39,448 nt of DNA from Octopus bimaculoides (lineage: Eukaryota), in NCBI RefSeq assembly GCF_001194135.2, contig NC_068985.1, positions 101,624,180 through 101,663,627 of the forward strand, read 5' to 3'. Below, one piece after another: positions 34,298 to 39,448 of the stretch (positions within the stretch are counted from its first letter, which is position 1; every line of letters begins with the position of its first letter). The position numbers and the translations under genes are program-made. Under the pieces are notes generated by a model. It was not told the origin of the DNA. It did not search any database and saw nothing but the letters and a program-made list of their open reading frames with translations.

Positions 34298-34430
34298 NNN
34301 NNNNNNNNNNNNNNNNNNNNNNNNNNNNNNNNNNNNNNNNNNNNNNNNNNNNNNNNNNNNNNNNNNNNNNNNNNNNNNNNNNNNNNNNNNNNNNNNNNNN
34401 NNNNNNNNNNNNNNNNNNNNNNNNNNNNNN
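34298..34430. other. Assembly gap flanked by (TA)/(TACA)
   Basis: N run. Confidence 1.
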
Positions 34431-35637
34431 TATATATATATATATATATTAGTCCCAACCATTGTTTAAAATAATTACATAAGATATTTGAAGTGTATTC
34501 TTTCCTGAGGAAATATAGATAATGAAAGCAATATTTTTTATTTAAATTTGTACCTAGCCACATAGACTTAATCTACGTCATATTATCATAATTGTCAAGA
34601 TGAATATTTGAAAAGAAAAAGAAAACATATTAGTAATGCATTTGATTCTAGAAAAAAGAACACCCACGTTATTATACAGCTTTCACAATAATTGATTATC
34701 TCATTAACGAACAATCAATACTACTATATTTTTACGTTCCACAGAATCCATCATATGAAACTCTTATATCTGCGACAAATCTTGGTGTTTCATATACATA
34801 TTTATACAAGGATACACACACACACGCACACATATATGTGTGTATCTCTCTATATATATACATAAAAATGTAAATATATGTGTATACATCTATGTATGCA
34901 TAATTATATAAAGAAGCAGATGTACAGATATACACTATATACATGTGTGTGGATGATATCAAGTGTTGTGATAATTTTCTAAAGTTTATACAGAGCTATT
35001 GCTAATGAGCTCCACAAAATAATGAATATATAACATTATTAATCTCAGGAAATTGTGTCAATTAAATATGAGCCTTTCTTATCCAACCAGTATGCTGTAA
35101 ATATCAGTTAATGCAAGAATCACATGGCCCTGTGCAATTTTTCTTTTACTCATAATTTCTTTCTTTTTTCTTTTTTTTTCCGTCGGTGAAACGAACATCT
35201 GCAATATTTCACATGAATTTCTAATAAATTTTCAAATTTATTGTATTAAAATTCATTGTAATTTTAAAGAAAGTCACTTATAGAACTATCTTCTCTTCAC
35301 AGCATTTCAGCTGTAACTGACAATAGCAAAAACTCATAATACTTGTCAGGTGACAAAATTATGGTAGATTACCGCAATAATGTTTCTTTCAATTCAAGAC
35401 TTCATTTTACAAACGTATGACTTGCAGACACACTTGCCATGCCTTAACCGCTATCGAAATTTAGAGTGACGTTTTTTTTAAGTTCACCGTGTATAAATTG
35501 ACAGAGATTTGTGATTTTATGATGCTAATTATGTGGCTGCTACACTTATTTTATTCAGTTATATAGTCGAATGAAAAAGACAAAGATAAACTTACTTGAA
35601 AATGGATGCGTGGCGTTCAATCAAATAATAATATATA

Positions 35638-35639
<2 letters not shown>

Positions 35640-35710
<71 letters not shown>
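35640..35710. repeat. Perfect (GT)n
   Basis: About 35 uninterrupted units. Confidence 0.98.
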
Positions 35711-35711
<1 letters not shown>

Positions 35712-36294
35712 CGGACTGAATGTGATGTGCCATATGAATTCGATTTGATATAGCCCACTACTAAATGTAACGTATAAATGTAACGCTTGAAGGTTACCAG
35801 TAAACATCGAAGAATTTATAACAAGAAGGAAGAAATGTTATTTACATATGTTTATTCGTTGCCCGACGGGTAGTCAGAGACAGTAGCAATTCTAATGATA
35901 TTGACGACAAGGATAGCCCACTGGTTAGTAGTTGATATGTAGAAAAATATTGTCTATCGGTATAGAGGGAAAGAGTAACGAAGGCATGGTGCTGACTAGA
36001 AAGGAAGAAATGATAGCCTTTCTTGCGGCCGGCAGCTTCTCTTCGCATCTCGAGCGAAGGGCGAAGGGAAGTAGTGCTTTTGATTAAGGCTGATGCAAAA
36101 CCGGGTGTTGCTCCTTGGTCTGGCTTACACATCAGAGGAAGAGATAGGAAATTCTGTTATATATACAATGGTCAGTAAAATAGGTCAAACCATAAACAAA
36201 GGTCTGACCTTTCCTTGACCAGTACCGGTTCTAGTGGGTGGAGAGTTTCCTCATCAATGATCTAGTGTGGAGGTTGTCCCGCTCGATTTGACAA

Positions 36295-36640
36295 GCAACA
36301 AGCCTGTGGATTTGGTTTGAAATCTCAAGCAGGGTCAAGCTATATATGTACGTGTATTGATGTGTGTGTGTGTGTGTGTCTGTGTGTCTGTGTGTGTATG
36401 TGTGTGTGTGTGTATTTGTGTTTGTGTTTGTCCTCCCACAATCGATGGAAAAATATTCTGGTGTGTTTAAGTCCCCGCATCCTACCAGTTCGGCAAATAA
36501 GACGGATAGAATAAGTACTAGGCTTACATAAAATAAGTCCTGGAGTATATTTGTTCTACTATAACTCTTTAAGGCGGTGATGCAGCATAGCCGTTGTCAA
36601 ATGACTGAAACGTATAAAAGAATAAAAGAATAAGAGAATA
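36295..36640 (+). mobile_element. SINE family B, diverged middle + internal (GT)n + 3' half
   Basis: gatagaataagtactaggcttac...aataagtcctgg...aaggcggtgatgcagcatagccg..gtcaaatgactgaaac..aaaagaataaaagaa; reverse complement of 1171-1360. Confidence 0.85.
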
Positions 36641-36851
36641 TAAACTAGAATGTATATTTCTTGGTGTATTTATTGTATTCTACATAGTTTATATATTACA
36701 TACATACAGGAATTGATCCGCCGTGCATGGATGTACCATACATCAAGTCTTCAGAATTTTTGTAATAAACAACTTATTCGACTTGTGAATAGTAGTCGGA
36801 CTGTCAGAAGTAATTTATTTTGTGAATCTTTATGGGCAGTATGTCGACTCA

Positions 36852-36940
36852 TATGTATGTATTTATGTATGTATGTATGTATGTATGTATGTATGTATGT
36901 ATGTATGTATGTATGTATGTATGCGTGGATGTATGTATGT
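36852..36940. repeat. (ATGT)n tetranucleotide repeat
   Basis: Directly visible. Confidence 0.95.
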
Positions 36941-37240
36941 ATAGAGTGCTTGGTGTGGTGTACATATTAGGTATATTGCGAAAAAGGAAGCAGTCGGAAT
37001 TTTGCGATAATTTTTTATTAGCTCTTTCTTGCGATAAATGAACTCGTCAAAACTAAAACAAAATGGTAAAAACCAAGCATTTCGGTGTTCATTTATATGA
37101 ATCGGATGTGTTTTTTGCTTTGTTTGAAAGAGGAAAATATATTGGGGGATGGGCGGAGAAGAGAGAAAAATAACAAAGAGAGAGGGAGGTTTTAGGACAA
37201 TCAAGAAAAATGGGAAAAATAATAAAGGATATGGAAAACA

Positions 37241-37267
37241 TAGATAGATAGATAGATAGTTAGATAA

Positions 37268-37323
<56 letters not shown>
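37241..37323. repeat. (GATA)n tetranucleotide repeat
   Basis: Directly visible. Confidence 0.97.
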
Positions 37324-37889
37324 GATTTCAACAACTTTATTTTTTACTGATAGAACTTACATAAACCCGAGAAAGAATACTAGAACCGTTTTACTACTGA
37401 TTAGGAAAGATAACTAATGTAGCTACTAGGCAAAGTAATTCGTGAAAAAGATCTCTTTTGAATTAACTTATCCATGAAAGCAAGAAAAAGTAAAATAAAT
37501 CCTCCAAAAGGCTGAAAGTTACGCAAAGGTATATTTAAGTGCGTCCTGCTTTGTTATATAACTTATATCCTACAGAGTGGCTTCCAGCTAAATATACAAT
37601 ATACAATCAAAACTCATTTATGATGTTTGATTAAATATGCATAGAGAATTGATTGTACAGAACTCAAATTATTCTTTTATATTCTGACTATATTTTCCTA
37701 ATTTATGAATGTTGTACTAATATTCAATGTTCTTGATAAACATGGAATTACAGAATATGGGATGTGGCTATAAAAGGGTAAAGGAATATACATTTTTATA
37801 GGACTTTCAACTTTGAATTATTTTTATATTTTTCAGTGATGAGCTCTCCCACTCCTCTTTTCTTATCTTTCTCATCCTATTTCCTAAAA

Positions 37890-38590
37890 TTGAGGTCCTC
37901 AAAGGCCACCAACCCTTGTGAGAAAATGTTTTTAATTAATTATTTCTGGACATCATGGACCAACAGTGAGTTGCTGTGATTGAGACATATCCAAGTGTAG
38001 GTTGTTTACCCGGTATTTCCAGGAGGAATTTGTCCGGCTACAGTTTGAAAGTGGTAGTGTCGTTTTCTACTTAAATTTCTTTCGAGATAATATTGAAAGA
38101 AGCAGGACCATCTGCAGTAGAGAAATTCTGTCACTTCGTTCCTATGTGATGTGATCTCGACCTTTGTATGGGACGCATTGTGCGTGATCCTAGTCTTGGG
38201 TGAACTGTAAACATAATACCGATACCATTTGGATAATATTGGAGAAATATTTTCCACCTGGTGTAAATAATTCATCACTCACAGCGGCGTTGCTGAGATT
38301 AGAGCTTCTGGTGTATAAGTCGATCCCAATAATCAAATCACGTCATGCTATATGTTTTCTTTAGTCATTGACCTTTTAGGGCCTTCGATCCTCATTATGT
38401 ATTGTTTTTTGTTTTTTTTGATGGGGGGACCACAATAGGTAGCAGTATTCGAGGTGGGGCCAAACGAATGTGGAGACGGGAAGGATGGTGGTTTCATGAT
38501 CTCTAGATTGAAAAGTTCTGAAGATCCATGAGCACATTCTGTGAGCAGCATCAATTTTTTTGCTGATGTGCACATACCAGCTAAAGTTAT
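37890..38590 (-). mobile_element. CR1-clade LINE, 3' end of ORF2 + 3' UTR, decayed
   Basis: NFSWYVHISKKIDAAHRMCSWIFRTFQSRD..TFVWPHLEYCYLLWSPHQK / DYWDRLIHQKL*SQQRRCE..IIYTRWKIF..PNGIGIMFTVHPRLG..GPASFNIISKEI..FKL*PDKFLLEIP..PTLGY. Confidence 0.88.
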
Positions 38591-39369
38591 ATATATATAT
38601 AGCGCTTGAGTTCATGTCGAATCGGCGTGAACATATTGAAACGAAACAAGAAATTGTACAATAATTTCAAACGGTTATCATGTCTTTGGAAAATGAATGG
38701 AAATATTTCAATGACTTCTCATATAGTTTATGTAACACCTGCTCTCCCAAATTACAATTATTCCCGTCGCTCGCTCAAAGAACGTACTCTCAAATCCTCC
38801 TTGTGAGGTATATCTCAAGTTGTTTCCTCTGCGTGATTCATAAGTCCTTATGAAACATTAAGCAGCATATGAGACAATGGATTCACCTGCCTACATGATT
38901 TGAGTGCGTAGTTAAGAAATCCGCTGCTAGTCGCTGATATGATGTCAATTATAACTGTCTACATCGCAATGTGTTCTAAACGTCGTAGAAGAAGCAAGAC
39001 TATGCACTGCTAAACGAAGAAAAGTATGTTTCTCGAAGACATTTAAAGATAAAAAGTAATGTTTCATTTTTTTTGTTTTTTAATGTAGAAGAACTATTCT
39101 TTTTTAAAGAGGAATAACACTCGGCCATTAAATTTATTGAGAAAACCAGATATTCTAAAATTGATGATTTGCATTCTTTCTATATAATTACGAAAGAATG
39201 GGACTCATTTTCCCTCTGACAAATGATTAATAATTGTGCTGAAACATGTAACATTTATGGCAACATCCAAGTGAAAACAATAACGACGTTCCGATACACA
39301 AAAATACACAGACATTTCTATAAACCTATTTATTCATATTTATCTATTTATATTTATATATATACATAT

Positions 39370-39448
39370 TTATGTGTGTATGTGTGTGTGTGTGTGTGTG
39401 TGTATGTGTGTGTCTATACACGCACTTATATATATATATATATATATA
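39370..39448. repeat. (GT)n/(TA)n microsatellite
   Basis: Directly visible at the window end. Confidence 0.9.

Overview
AT-rich (roughly 30% GC), microsatellite-dense eukaryotic DNA with eight assembly gaps (about 4.1 kb of N). The SINE, mariner and LINE families look like those of an octopod cephalopod; this assignment comes from my recall of those repeats, not from a search. I cannot confidently identify a host gene, only weak exon candidates. Nearly all long ORFs in the supplied track are artefacts of microsatellites or N runs. What the sequence does support is a graveyard of decayed transposons: five R4/Dong-clade LINE pieces (restriction-like endonuclease, RLE), two RTE pieces, one CR1-like 3' piece, two mariner and one maT-like transposase remnants, a Helitron helicase fragment, two tRNA-derived SINE families (about 12 copies) and two candidate MITEs. 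The most interesting stretch is the nested mosaic at 20.4-24.3 kb. It holds R4/Dong pieces abutting (TAA)n-type microsatellites, an apparently preserved R4 5' end with a terminal hairpin, a ~430-bp internal inversion with inverted microhomology, a TTAA-flanked MITE, and a hammerhead-like CTGATGA motif cut off by a gap. I did not find convincing evidence of a previously undescribed biological system. All translations and alignments were done by eye and boundaries are approximate.
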